From: Oculina patagonica
Taxonomy: Eukaryota
DNA length: 64,000 bases
Direction of reading: 5' to 3'
Assembly: GCF_052425735.1 (NCBI RefSeq)
Contig: NC_135761.1
Location: 59,768,001 to 59,832,000 of the forward strand
In this document: piece after piece, positions 37,561 to 49,850 of the stretch
Position numbering within the stretch: the first letter of the stretch is position 1
How the letters are laid out: every line of letters starts with the position of its first letter
Made by a program: the position numbers and the translations under genes
The notes under the pieces: generated by a model
Databases searched by the model: none
Told to the model about the DNA's origin: nothing
The model's input: the letters and a program-made list of their open reading frames with translations, nothing else

Positions 37561-38451
37561 AATTTCATGTTTTTAAGAATTTAGCAGCTAGGAATATGTT
37601 GTGACAGTGGAGATTGCCTTTTTCCAATTTGGGATCGACTTTAAGTGAAGTTGAGAGAATTTCTGAGCTCATCATTGTCGAATTCATTTTCTTGTAGAAC
37701 ATAAAGCAAGACACAAATGCACAAATAAATTTGGGGATTGATCGCAGATCAGTAAATATCGTAGCATGTTTTAGCGACGCTGTAAAACTGGATCGAACTA
37801 ATTCGCAGACCAGGAAGTAATTTCTCAATAAATACATCTAAGCACGGATTGATATTTTGTTTGACTTTATTAAAGCTTTATAAATAAACGCAAATGCCAA
37901 TTAATTACGTGGTTTTTATTTAGGGAAAATAACAAAGACCTTTTCCAGTATGTAATATTCTGTATGCACCTAATTGAAACCATTCTCACGCTCTAAATTC
38001 CTCTCAGCTACTTTAAGACGCGACACAGTTAGCATTCACTTTTACATTAAAAATTGTTTAAATTACATTAAACTTGTTATATGCTAATGTTAGCAAAACC
38101 GGGTTAATAAAAAAAGAAAACAAATCGCAACAATAGAAATTACTTATATCTGACTATTTGATTTCAGGTTCAAATGTGTCTTCGAACATCGATAACGATA
38201 CGACAGAAATAAACTATTTTATTATAGGTGAAGAATTTAAACCTTCCTTAAAATTACTAGCTACTTCAAGGTCCTTAATTTATCAAGTAAGTTTAGCTGA
38301 AATGAAACTGGTGTTTCATGACATTTTTAATTACTCTATTTATAGCAAAACACTGGCAATCTATGAGTTTAGGGCAGATTGTCATGTTAACCGAATTGAC
38401 ATGAATTAGTTTTATGTCCAAATGCCATGTTAAGTCAATACGTCACGTGAT

Positions 38452-40270
38452 TCAGTTGCTGGTCTTTCCGTAGCACTTTAGTTTTCCCAGAGTGTGGTAA
38501 CCCTGTTCGTCAATTTTGTTGTTGATAGTACCGACGTCTCCAAACCTTAGCTGCATCACGGGAAGGTGGGATTTGTTTGTCAGCAAACCGCTGTCCTCGC
38601 GCCACACAGCATCATTTTTGTCGCAGTTGCATCCGTATCTGGTGTATGCGCATGTGTCAGATAACCCGCATGCGCACTCGTAAGGAAATGCGGAATCACT
38701 TCCTCCCCAATACGTCATCTTGTCTCCATCACGTGACACCCACCAGCCAAACATCCCACCGTTGTGTAAGAGCATTGAATGATAACATTCATATTTGATA
38801 AACTGTTCGCAGTGTGCAGATATGGCCGTTAGTTTGCCCAGCTGGAGAAAATCTGCCCCGGTGTACTTAATGTCACGACTGTAACAGCCACGAGTGTCAC
38901 ATCCTTGCACCAACATTTTGCCTTCACTGTCGTGACTGATGACTGTCACGCCAACTTGATTCTTGTCAGTCATGTCGCAGTAAACGGTGAAAGGTGTCAC
39001 GCCTCCTTTTCTATCAGGGTTGATGTCGTAAGAACCACTTGGAGCTTTGGGATTGCACAACTTAATCTCACTACAGCTTTTACTTCCTGCAAGGAAATGT
39101 TGAAACGTTTCTAAAAATCTATGTTTGGTATTGGGCTTGGAACAGAAAAGCCTGATAACAAGTTGAAATTAAACCCGTTATAGAGGTAGTGAAGAACATT
39201 TCCGTTGAATTCCACAGTTTGCCTCCTTTCCATGTCCATCGGGGAAAAGGCGATTGTTATGTTAATGCAATAATACCATGTGACACCAAAAGACGTCACA
39301 GGAAAAACGATGTAATATATAAAAATTCTGTTTAACTTATGTGTTGTTCAAATTTTACAGCTTAAAATGTCTTAGCAGATTCGATAAAGACACCTCTTAT
39401 TTTTGTCCCGAATGAGGGTAATAACATCTCACGAACAAAGTTTGAGAGAAGCCTGATAATTGTGACACTGCTTGACTGTGCCAGGGGGCAGCTTGTAAGC
39501 TAAAGTCAGCATCCAATGTCTACGGGGGAATTTTTCTACGAGATAAATACAGGGTTAAGCCTTTTGAGGCACTGAGGGCATGGAGTTGTAGCTTTCGCGA
39601 GACTTGTTTGAGAGATAGGAATTAATAGATCTTGAAGTTCTCAAAGATCTCAAAGATCTATAAATAAAGTTTGATTGATTGATTGATTGATTGAAGTGGT
39701 ACCTCCGTGTTCGCAGTGAGTTCCACAGAATCCCAGCTTGCAGTGGCAGCGATAGGAGTTCAGTTCGTATTCAGGAACACAGTCCGCACCGTTCTTGCAA
39801 GGATCACTTTCACAAGGAGACTGAAAATAACGTACGAAAAGATTAGCAATAAACACTGTTTCGTAATTATAGCAAGACTTCAAATGACAAAAACTATGTC
39901 TATGAACTATATGATTTACCAATGGGCTGTAATGATGGAAGGTAGCATTAGCGTGAAACTTTTTAGTAGCTCTGTACTTGTCAGTGGCCAACAGCTCACA
40001 CAGATAGAGACCTTTCAAGTCAGGATCCGCCGCCATGTTAAACGAAAAACACTTTGGTTCAGCAACACAAAGGAAAGTGCAATCTAACAGATCTGCCACC
40101 ATGGACGATGTTATTTTCTTTACCCATAAGTAGTGGAAGGGATTTCGCTTAAAGTCACCAACAGAAAAGTCGCCTGTTGGATTTCGATAAAGAGCACTGT
40201 CTTCCATAGCAAACACCATAGTTATGTTAGCCGAGAGAAAGAAAACGAGCACAAGTAGAATATGCGCCAT
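38452..40270 (-). CDS. Secreted PAN/apple-EGF-fibrinogen-like (CASPR/neurexin-IV type) protein, copy 2; 367 aa
   Basis: Exons 40270-39920 (signal peptide + PAN: DCTFLC..KCFSFN..CEL), 39820-39703 (EGF: CESDPCKNGADC..YRCHC..G.HCE) and 39086-38452 (KSCSEIK..SGSY.I.PD..F.VYCDM..HDSE..CEQFIKYEC..YWGG..CACG..CNCD..LPV..FGD..LGKLKCYG). Phases 0/1 are consistent. Confidence 0.88.
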
Positions 40271-41489
40271 AACGGGGCGCGAGCGAACCACAAATGATGA
40301 AGTATGAATAAAAATGAAGAATAGAAAGCCTTTTAAATTTATTTTTGACTTCGTTGTTTGAACATGTAACTCATTCGTTGATTAAAAGTATTTACTTAGT
40401 GGCAAGTGCATCTTAGGAAGTGCATCAAGTCCGTCATGCAACCTACGAAATACTTGGCTTAATAAAATGCTTCATTTACATCTGAAAATCGTGGCTTAGC
40501 ATCTTGTTTTAAAAAGTCGAAAGATTTTAAAAGTTGCAAATCATCTCCGAAAGATCTTTCTTTGTTGGGTGTAAAGACGAGTGCGTGTTAGGTGCAATGA
40601 ATTAAAGTTTGAGAAAGATGTTAAAACAATCATTTCCCGTTTCTAAAATATTTATGACTTTTAATGGACGTAACGAGATAGGCGTGTTGCATTTCCTGGC
40701 GAAGAGTTTGTAAAAAAAGAAAGACGAAACCATTAAAAAAACTATTGCTCTTGTGATGAATTTTTGTGACGCTGTCTTTCTTTTTCCGTGAGCATTGAAA
40801 AGGCGAAAGAAAAATTAAAATGGTGTTGTAATAAGACCATAGGTCTTGCAAAGCTGTAAAAGGATGCGTATGTCAGATTTCGAACGAGATCAATTTTAGC
40901 TCACTTAACGTTAAGTGGGTAAATGATTGATTGATTGATTAACTAAAGGATAAGTTGCCAACATGCAACTCAGTAAACATTGAATCGGAATCCTCCACAA
41001 TGAATAGTGAAAAAAATTTCGCGAGAGCACCTTTTATCGGTTTTAAGAGCGCCTTATTGATGAAATAGAAAATGTATTAAATCCTTTTTTCGGAATAATT
41101 ATAAAACGGTTTTCAGATAATAAGAATACACTGCCTGTAAAAGTAGCGGAGAAAAAGTCTCAAATTGTTAGCTAACGATAGTCTAATTAATTCCCGTACG
41201 AGACCTTCAACATTTTAAATAATTAATACCCCTTCACATTAGGCAGGGAAGTCGAGTTTTTTCTTCGAGTCGCGGGCATGTAAAATAAGGCTTTAGCAAA
41301 GGGTGACTTTCTATGATGGCAAAAATTATTTTGGTCGCATAAATAAACAGCTGTGTTTGACCAAAGTTGCAGTGCTCAAACGCGGAAAACACTTCTGGAA
41401 CATTCTCAGTGAAACAGCCCTCCATACATACCTATTTTCAAATGGGTAGCACAGCATAAAAATAAGGAATGTTGGTTATCGAACATTAC

Positions 41490-42950
41490 GCTTTCAATAT
41501 AATTTTGTTAAAGGTTGTTGAATCGACATTTACGCTACCATGCGTAAATTTGACTTAATATAAACTTGGAGAAAAGGAGTCTCTTAACCGGACTTTAAAC
41601 TTGAGTGTAAAGCTGGTATAAAGGTCATCTTTAAAAAAAATGTAAAGGTAACGTAAAGCTGAGATCGAAATTTACGCCAGCTTTACGTTAGATTTAACAA
41701 CGTGGTAAATTATGTTTTCGTGCTCAGATGCACTTAAACCAAGCCATAAACAACAGAGGATGTTTATCCTTGCCGTAAACATATTTAATAATTTAAGCGC
41801 CATTATCCGACAGAAAATGGATAGAATTTGCCCTTACGCCATTTTTTTGGGAGGCGCGGTGGCCTAATGGTTAGCGCGCTCGACTCCGAGTCGAACGGCC
41901 CGGGTTCGAGGCCTGGCCGGGGCGCTGCGTTGTGTTCTTAGGCAAGACACTTTACTCTCACAGTGCCTCTCTCCACCCAGGTGTACAAATGGGTACCGGC
42001 GAATTTACTGCTGGGGGGGTAACCCTGCGATGGACTAGCATCCCATCCAGGGGGGAGTAGCAATACTCCTAGTCGCTTAATGCTACAGAAACCGGGATAA
42101 GCTCCGGCTGTATGAGCCTCATGGCTCGGACACAGACTTTACCTTACCTTTTACCATTTCCAAAAATACAATGTGCAAATTAGCGTTTGAATAATAAAAA
42201 AAACTGTTTAGTCTTATTTTGGCGGTCCGCTATCGCACAACTAAAATTTGAAATATAAAGTTTACATAATGCAAAAATAACATTATGTCTTCCTTTTCTA
42301 GTCTGTCTGAAAATTTAAATCTTATGCTTTAAAATCTTGTTGGCATGAATGATATGGATGTAACTATAAAAAACAACAACGAGGAATTAAATGGGGAATT
42401 GCTTGGAATGGGAAACTGGCATGAGAAATTTAAAATCGAAATTAAATTCTTTCGTTAATGAAGATAAGATTTGTGCACACTTTTGAAGAACTATGGAAGT
42501 TTTGAAGTTTTAAGAAAGAATTGGAAGATTTTTCTTCTTGATCGTACGTGGATTACTTATGCGCGGGCTGAGTCAAAATACAAACTTCGTAGGTCTTTTA
42601 TTCAAAAATGTCTTCTTTGCAGCTTAAGGTGGCTTACAACACAGCATGAAAATTGGGTTTTACGTGAAATAAAAGGTGGTTAAATCTGGTTTAAAGTTGG
42701 TTATCTAACTTTACACCATCAATTAAATGTTGTGAAAGGTAGTTAAACCAATCTTTACGCTACCATGTGTAAATGGGATTTAAAGTTTATGTAAAGAAGT
42801 CCCATTACCCTGCCTTTAAACTTGAGTGTAATGCTGGCATAAAGGTCAGCTTTAAAAAATGTAAAGTCAGCGTATAGCTGAATAAATTCCAAATTTACGC
42901 CAGCTTTATTTGAGCTTTACACCACGGTAAAGTTAGGTTTTCATGTTGTG
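41490..42950. repeat. Two diverged direct copies of a ~250-300 bp segment (~41490-41720 and ~42650-42950)
   Basis: Shared tttacgctaccatg.gtaaat, ctttaaacttgagtgtaa.gctgg.ataaaggtca and aaatttacgccagcttta. Confidence 0.65.
41849..42153 (+). mobile_element. Full-length tRNA-derived CORE-type SINE
   Basis: A box tggcctaatgg, B box ggttcgaggcc, MIR-core-like gtgttcttaggcaagacactttactctcacagtgcctc..aaatggg, and a (ttacc)n tail. Confidence 0.85.
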
Positions 42951-43086
42951 CAACAGTTTTGAGGGGGGGTGAATTAGCCCAACTTTCAACCATTCTTTTA
43001 AAATGTCCAGCAATGTTTTATCTTCCTCGTTTTACTGTTTGTTACAGTGTAAAACCTTCATTTGCCACATTTGAACAATAAAAATG

Positions 43087-43350
43087 GCCCAGTGGTTTAG
43101 GGCGCTGGTTTTGCAATCCGGAGGTCCCGAGATCGAACCCTTTACCCTGCCTCTAGCTGGATTTTTTCTCCGGTAGTCTTTGTTAATAACCAACTGGTCT
43201 GCCTCCTGCTAGTTGGGATTTTTACCTATGTTATAAAGTTTATTTAAAATATGTGTTTCCACTGTCTCAGTGGCATGCCTGTAAACTAGTTATCTTAAGA
43301 AAATATGAAGCTAAGGGCATCACCACTATAAACAACCTTTACATTTGTTT
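43087..43350 (+). mobile_element. tRNA-derived SINE (Meta-domain-like)
   Basis: Degenerate A/B boxes followed by ccaactggtctgcctcctgctagttgggatttt. An inverted remnant lies near 62800-62865. Confidence 0.55.
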
Positions 43351-45290
43351 TTTACATTTTGTCGATATATAAATAGCCAAAATAAGAGAACGAGTGCTTA
43401 AGAGGAGATGGGCGCTTGTAGTTTCAGTGGTGCTGTTTTCAAAATCTACACGTATATGACCCTACCTCAAATTTTCAGAAATTAGAAATTAGCTTTGATT
43501 ACACATTCATGCAAAATTAAATAAAGATCTGGGAGATGTTAGTCCCATCTCAGCTCGTTCCCTTTCTCCATCTTCCCTCGGTCATCCTCGTTTCCTTTTC
43601 CCGCTTGTTGCCCAGGTTAAGAAACTATGTCCCGGATCGTACCAGATGTCAGTTTGAACTTTCAAAATTTATATTTGTGTCGCTGGAAACCTTAAAATAA
43701 TAGTCCATTTTTATTAAGAATTGCTATATTAGAGCACTGAAACTGTTAAGGAGCATGTTTGGCTGCGGATGGCTCGGATGGGAAACGGTTTGCAACTTGA
43801 AATAGTTAGGCTAACGTTTTTTAAGTTTTTTCTGTGCGGCTTCGAAAACTCGATATTTGTAGCGGTTGCTTGATTTCTATCCGCAAATTAAGGTTATATC
43901 TTTCTGTAAATGTTCAAAGATAATGAACAATTACAAACAGAGGTATCCTGAAAATATTAAAATTAACTAGAAAAGGCCAGAGAAAGTACCAGGACTGGGA
44001 AGACTCTTTCCCCATGGCCACCTTTCAATCGCTCCAACTTTTCAATGCGAACTTCTTTCCCGAAGTTTCGCGTTTCCCTCACGCCTCTAAATGTCCCTGG
44101 GTCTCCGAGGATGACGAGTGCTCGCTCCACACAAGTTTTGTTTTTGTAATTTTGAACTGCTGAGTCATTATTTATTGTTTTTGTATTTTATTTCTGACTG
44201 ACTGAGTCATTCTGATTCTAGGAATCAATTCAAGGGAGTTTCAAACTATTTTTAAGTGCCTATAAGTCTGTTGTTTGGTCAGTGTGTATAAAACTGTCAT
44301 TATTTTTTACTTTGAATAGTAGTGGAGGAAAATTTTGGAGTAAAACTCAAGCGGAGAAAAATGACCATTTGCTTGTCTGGCAGTCTTGCACAGAGAAGAA
44401 TTGATGTGCTTTCTTTTTACGCAGTGAGTATAGCAAACGCATGAATTTTGAGTTTTCTACCACACAATTATTCATTCCAAAAAGTTCTTTTTTTGTGAAT
44501 GTCCATGTCTATGAATATCTTAAACTCATTAAAATATGTTTTACCAAGGTAATACAAAATCTACAAGTATAACTTAAATCTAATGACAAAGATGGAATTC
44601 TCTACCAGAATCGATCACTGGTTCGAGTAGCTTCTCTTCTTTTAAGAAAAAAATGATTAAATTTCTAATAAAATGAGTCTGAAATTGGCCTAGCTGCACA
44701 TTCACAGCGAAATTACAAACTTATTGCTAACCCGAGGTGGCCTCCCCCATAAGCCTTGTGGTTTCTTGGAGGTCTCCTCGCCGTATCTTTTTAAGTTTTC
44801 TTTTTTTAATTTGTATGTTTAATTCTGAAGTGGCAAATAAATGATGATGTTGATGATGATGATGATGAAGGAAACATACCTGATTTGGATGCAAAATTGC
44901 AAGCGATGCTACACTTAACGAGTACCATTTTACATCGTTTACTCTGGTCTTCGACCGCCATCTTCAAAACACGTGAAACTCCTTCCTTTTTGGTACTTAT
45001 CGAATAGAATTATGGGTAAATTACTAGAGTACTACCAAACAAACAATGAACAAAGCGAAGTGAATACGAAATTTCAAGATTTTTTAAAATGATTTTCAAA
45101 GAAAATGGTGAAATCCAAGAGGGCGGATCCCAGACGGCGTCTCTTATCACGTCATATGACGTCAAAGCCAACAAAAATTATGCCAAGGGCTTTAAACTCA
45201 GTGCAAAATAATTTTGCTGCGCACTAATAGAATGTAAACGAATAGAAGGAGAAGGGTTGTTTCCATCCACCCCACCCCCCGCTCCCCCTT

Positions 45291-45495
45291 TGTAGTGGAA
45301 TTATGGGACTGATAAACATTAGTCACGTGACATAGCACATGGAGCGAGCAACAGTCGAGCGAGCGCGAGTCTTCCTTCTTCTTGAGTTCTTGTCGAGTCT
45401 GCATCTCCTCGTTTACAGTTAAAGTGTATATAAAGTTGTGTTTACAGTTCATTCTCGTAGTGGTGACTCTCAATTCCCCCGCAAGTCCCTTTACA
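45291..45495 (+). repeat. 5' LTR
   Basis: TGTAGTGG...CCCTTTACA, direct repeat of 48406-48610. Confidence 0.93.
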
Positions 45496-45496
45496 A

Positions 45497-47620
45497 GTGG
45501 TGGAGAACCCAAATTTCGTCGAACTCATCTTGGCAGCTACAATTGAAGAATTGCAAGGCATCGTGGCTGGACTTGTCAGCGTTGTGAAAGACTTAACAAC
45601 AAACGTAACTCAAGTAACCCAAACAGTCGGCAACATGGCCGAAGCCGTTCCAGCACCAGTTCAACACGAACATACACAAGGTCTTCGTATGCCTTCGATG
45701 CAGCTTCCTTCGTTTCGTCGAGATAGTGTGGTACAAGACGATATCTCGGAATTTCTGGAGCGGTTCAACCAGCAAACCTCACATCTTCCCGCCGGAACAC
45801 GTTTCACCCTTCTTGAACAACAGTGTGTTGGCGACTGGCCGAGATCTGTGTTGTCAATAGCAAAAACTACAGAGGGCTACGCAGATAAAGCGGTAGAAGA
45901 CCAATTTAACCTTTGCATTGAAAGATTACGTGCAGAATTCGGCGAATCAAAACAAGACAAGTGCCGCCGATTAGCAGCCGAGTTGAGCGCCATTCAACAA
46001 GAGCGTGGCGAGTCAGTGGAACAGTTTGCGTTCAAATACAAGAAACTACTGCATCAATTGGAGAAACTTGGCGAAAAGATTGCGAAAGATTGTCCTACCT
46101 TTGTTATTTCACAGTTTATTTCTAAAGTCAAGCCTAGTATCGCTCAGCAGCTCGTTGTGAAAGCATCAGAATTTGAAACCCTCGATAAAGCAGTCGAAGC
46201 GGCTCGTCGTGTTGAGTTGTCATTTCAAACTTCGCCCACCGCCTCGAAACCAAATCAGTCGCTCGATGAATGGAAAGTTTCACCACCGAATGCGTTTGTT
46301 TCCTCAACCTCCATGAAATCTCAAGATCAGCACTCCCAACGACAGCAGAGGGCTTGTTACACGTGTGGAGAAACAAATCATCTGTCGATGTCAGTACTGT
46401 CCAAAATACCGCAAAGACACGTCAAAACAACCGGAGATATGCAGAAATTACAATCGATTTTCCAAATCTAATTGCGAGGAAGACGGCAACAAAATGCTCA
46501 TATGGCCAACAACACAAGTGCCAACGCTGTAACAAGTGGAGCTGTAAAGCTATCAAACACTCAGAAAAATCGCCCATCAAGCACACCTCGCAGCGCTGTT
46601 CCATCTGATGAGGTAAATTCTCTTAGGCAGCAACTCGTAGTCTTGTCTACTCGTCTGGAAAAATATGAAGCTCAGTGTACGGAGAAATCCTCGACTTCTA
46701 TTCCTGCAGGATCTGAAAACCAAACCTCAACCTCAGCTTCACGACCACCACCTCCAGCTTCATTTGATCAGCCATCAACATCTACTCCATTATTTGGATT
46801 ACCTGCTGTTACCATCCCTGCACATTCAGCAAAGCCAGAAACTCAGTTGTGTCAGCGTAATATTCTGTGGACCTCTGTTACATCTGCAGGTGAACCACTG
46901 CCCTTGCCATTGGATAGTTGTTGTTCTGTATCTCTTGTGAGCAAAGTACATGCTGATCTTGTTGCATCCAAACGACCTGACCTCAAGTATTGTGCCCTTG
47001 AAGAACACATTTCTGTTACCTCTGCGGATTCAAAGTCTGATCTTAAAGCAGTCGCCACTATGAAAATCCCCATCACATGGGAAAATGAAACAGAAACTGT
47101 CTTTACTATGCTCGTAGTTCCAGGTTTTGTCTGGCCAATGCTCTTTGGAGAGAACCACCTTCATGCGACTCAAGCATTGGTTGATCATTATGCTACGTCC
47201 ATCACCTTTCGCCATCCAAGTATGCAGTTTCGAGTCCAGTGCTCGCTTGACAATCCACTTCAAGGTTTTGCAAACATCTCTGTACCCAATAGTTCCTCAT
47301 CGTGTGCAAGTGGATCAACATCGCAGAAGCCTCATGTCAGTATTACATGCCTTCTTACCGGAGCACCACCACTGGGTGTTCTCAAGCATTCACAATCCCT
47401 TTACCGTGGTCTTAATTTTGTTACAGTCTGTGTCACCCTTTCTGCAGCTTTAATGGGATACCAAGTAATGCGTCAACCGCTTTGGATTGAGGGTAAAGAC
47501 GTTCAACCAGGTGTCAAGGTTCTCAGTGGTCCCTTTGATCTCAGCCAAATCTCAAGTCATGTGAAACCTGAAACAGCACGTCCTAGCAGTGATCGGTGCT
47601 ACAATGCTCACAATGTATCT
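45497..47620 (+). pseudogene. Frameshifted gag-protease ORF of the LTR element
   Basis: Capsid-like motifs (LPSFR..DISEFLERF, IQQERGESVEQFA, QFISKV, TLDKAVEAARRVE), zinc knuckle CYTCGETNH, frameshifts near 46390, 46494 and 46570, and a retropepsin-like segment LDSCCSVSLVS...MLFGENHL. Confidence 0.8.
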
Positions 47621-48381
47621 CCAATTCCTGGTACTGGTCAAATTAGTCCATTCTTCTACCTGAAGAAAGCCTCTCAAGAAGCACCTATGCAGAGCAGCTT
47701 GTGTCTCGTATGCGTGAAGCACAAAAACAGTTCAACAGCATCAAAGCGGATATGAAGAGAACTCAAAGAGAATATTATGATAAATCATCCAGGGAACTTA
47801 ACATTGCAGAAGGAAAGCAAGTTTATGTTAGAAGACCACCTCCGAGTTCACAACCAAAAGGATCAGCCATACGGTTCATTCGTCGATTTGATGGTCCTTA
47901 CACTATTATAGGACATGTTCATGGTCGCCAGGATCTATTGCGACTTCGACACAAATTCACTCAGGATGAGATTAAAACAGTAAACATTGAAAAGATCATT
48001 GTTGTGCCAGATGAACTTTCAGAAGAAGTAGATTATGATCTCAGAAATAATGAAGAACCACCATCTAACACAGAGACAGTTACCCCTCCTGAATTACCCA
48101 CTCGAAAGAGTGCAGCAATTGATCCTGATTTGGCAAAGTTAGCATTTGCTCTTGGACATTATCTGAACAGTCTACCAGGTGCAAAGGCATATGCATCAGA
48201 AGCCTGCAAAGTGGTGTACCAGCAGATTCCAGATGCACAGGAAATTTTGAAACGTTGCGGAAAACTTAAAGGACTGATTTCAAAGTGCCCTTATCTATCC
48301 ATGTCTGGAGGCTCAAATGGAGGAACTTACTTGTTAAAACTTGACAAAGAGATGTTTGCAACTTTAGTTTCAGAAAACTAA
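47604..48381 (+). pseudogene. Integrase C-terminal remnant with GPY/F motif plus an extra C-terminal domain
   Basis: AHNVSPIPGTGQISPFF (end of the integrase core), then YAEQLVSRMREA...QREYYD...GKQVYVR...RRFDGPY..., then a ~85-aa folded-looking tail ending just before the PPT. Confidence 0.78.
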
Positions 48382-48405
48382 AATCCCTTTTAAGAAGGGG
48401 TGGAC

Positions 48406-48610
48406 TGTAGTGGAATTATGGGACTGATAAACATTAGTCACGTGACATAGCACATGGAGCGAGCAACAGTCGAGCAAACGCGAGTCTTCCTTCTTCTTGA
48501 GTTCTTGTCGAGTCTGCATCTCCTCGTTTACAGTTAAAGTGTATATAAAGTTGTGTTTACAGTTCATTCTCGTAGTGGTTACTCTCAATTCCCCCGCAAG
48601 TCCCTTTACA
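48406..48610 (+). repeat. 3' LTR
   Basis: Direct repeat of the 5' LTR, preceded by a polypurine tract and followed by the TSD CCTT. Confidence 0.93.
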
Positions 48611-49850
48611 CCTTGTACCACGGTGGGTGGATAACTAGGAATGCGTTTTAACATTGTAGTTACGCTTTCTCTAACACGGATGGACATTAAATGAAGTTGA
48701 GATAATTTTTGAGCTCACCAGTGTCGACTCTCGCTTCGTGTAGAATAAAAAGTCAATACACAAACTCAGGTTTGTCGAATATGTGATTAACTTTAGGGAT
48801 TGACCACAGATCATGCAGTTAATATCATAGCAAGTGTCAGGTACGGCTGCAAACTGGATAAGTGAAAAATAATTCACAGACCTGGTATAATTCATCAGAA
48901 AATATATCTAAACACAGATTTATTAATATTACTGTTGGCTTTATTCAAAGGCTTATTAGCAAGAGCGAATTTAATTAATTAATAACAATAACATTTATAA
49001 TGCGCAAATTTCATGAAATTTTCAAGTGCAACAAGATTAAAAACCAAAACTAGGCTAGAAAGCTTAAATTACAATTTTTAATTACATTGTTTAAGTTTCC
49101 ATTACATGCTTTCTCGTTTAAGGAAACTAATAAAGTCATGAAAGCCATCTGGAAGACCCGGTGTAAGTATCTGACTTGTACGCATGTAATTCAAACCATC
49201 CCGACAGCCTGATAACCCGTCTCTCATCAACAAATTTCTACACACTTTAACTTTAATATTTGCTTAATTATATTCCATTTGTTATATGTAAATGAAGGCA
49301 AACTTGGCTTAAAAAAGAAACAACAAATCGCAACAATAGAAATAACTTATATCTGACCATTTGATTTCATGTTTAAATGTATTGACCATCAAACTTCGAT
49401 AACGATACGAAAGAAGGACTGAAAGAACAAAATCAAGTCATTCCCCGGGATTGTTGTAAGTGAGATTTTATAATCTACATTCATTGACAAAAGTCGTTGG
49501 CCCACCCACCCTCATTCCCCCGTGCAGTGCGTTTCAGTTTGTGAGAAAAAGTAGGCAGCAATTGAAGGCATTAATTTTTTACATGCTACGCAACATTGCA
49601 AAAGGGGATAGGGGAAATTACATGACTTTTTCATGTTTTAAGTAAGAACAACAGAAACTGCAATGATTGTCAATGATTGTAGCCTTACCGAAATTCAATA
49701 GTGACTTTAAGTGAAATTAACTGGTGTTTACTACATTTATAATCACTTTATTTCTGGAAATATTTTTATGACAATCCGATGGCAGACTACCATAGTATAC
49801 GAACTGACATGAATTAACACTCAACACGTCAAGTTAATAAGTCTTGTGAT

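Larger units (their letters stand above)
45291..48610 (+). mobile_element. Non-autonomous (internally deleted) Ty3/Gypsy-type LTR retrotransposon, 3.3 kb
   Basis: 205-bp LTRs TGT...ACA at 45291-45495 and 48406-48610 (about 3 differences seen by eye). 4-bp TSD CCTT. PBS TGGTGGAGAA just after the 5' LTR; PPT AAGAAGGGG before the 3' LTR. Internal gag, protease-like and integrase-tail sequences; no RT or RNase H. Confidence 0.93.

Noticed and set aside
38452-39060. Calling the cluster CNTNAP2 / neurexin IV orthologs
   Set aside because: Only the fibrinogen-like module is shared; there are no laminin-G, discoidin or transmembrane regions.
39821-39919. Functional in-frame intron retention (99-nt stop-free intron in copy 2)
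   Set aside because: The equivalent introns in copies 3 and 4 are 113 and 97 nt, so the frame is not conserved.
45198-45512. Duplicated minus-strand ORF (also 48370-48687)
   Set aside because: Antisense translation of the two LTRs; no coding signature.
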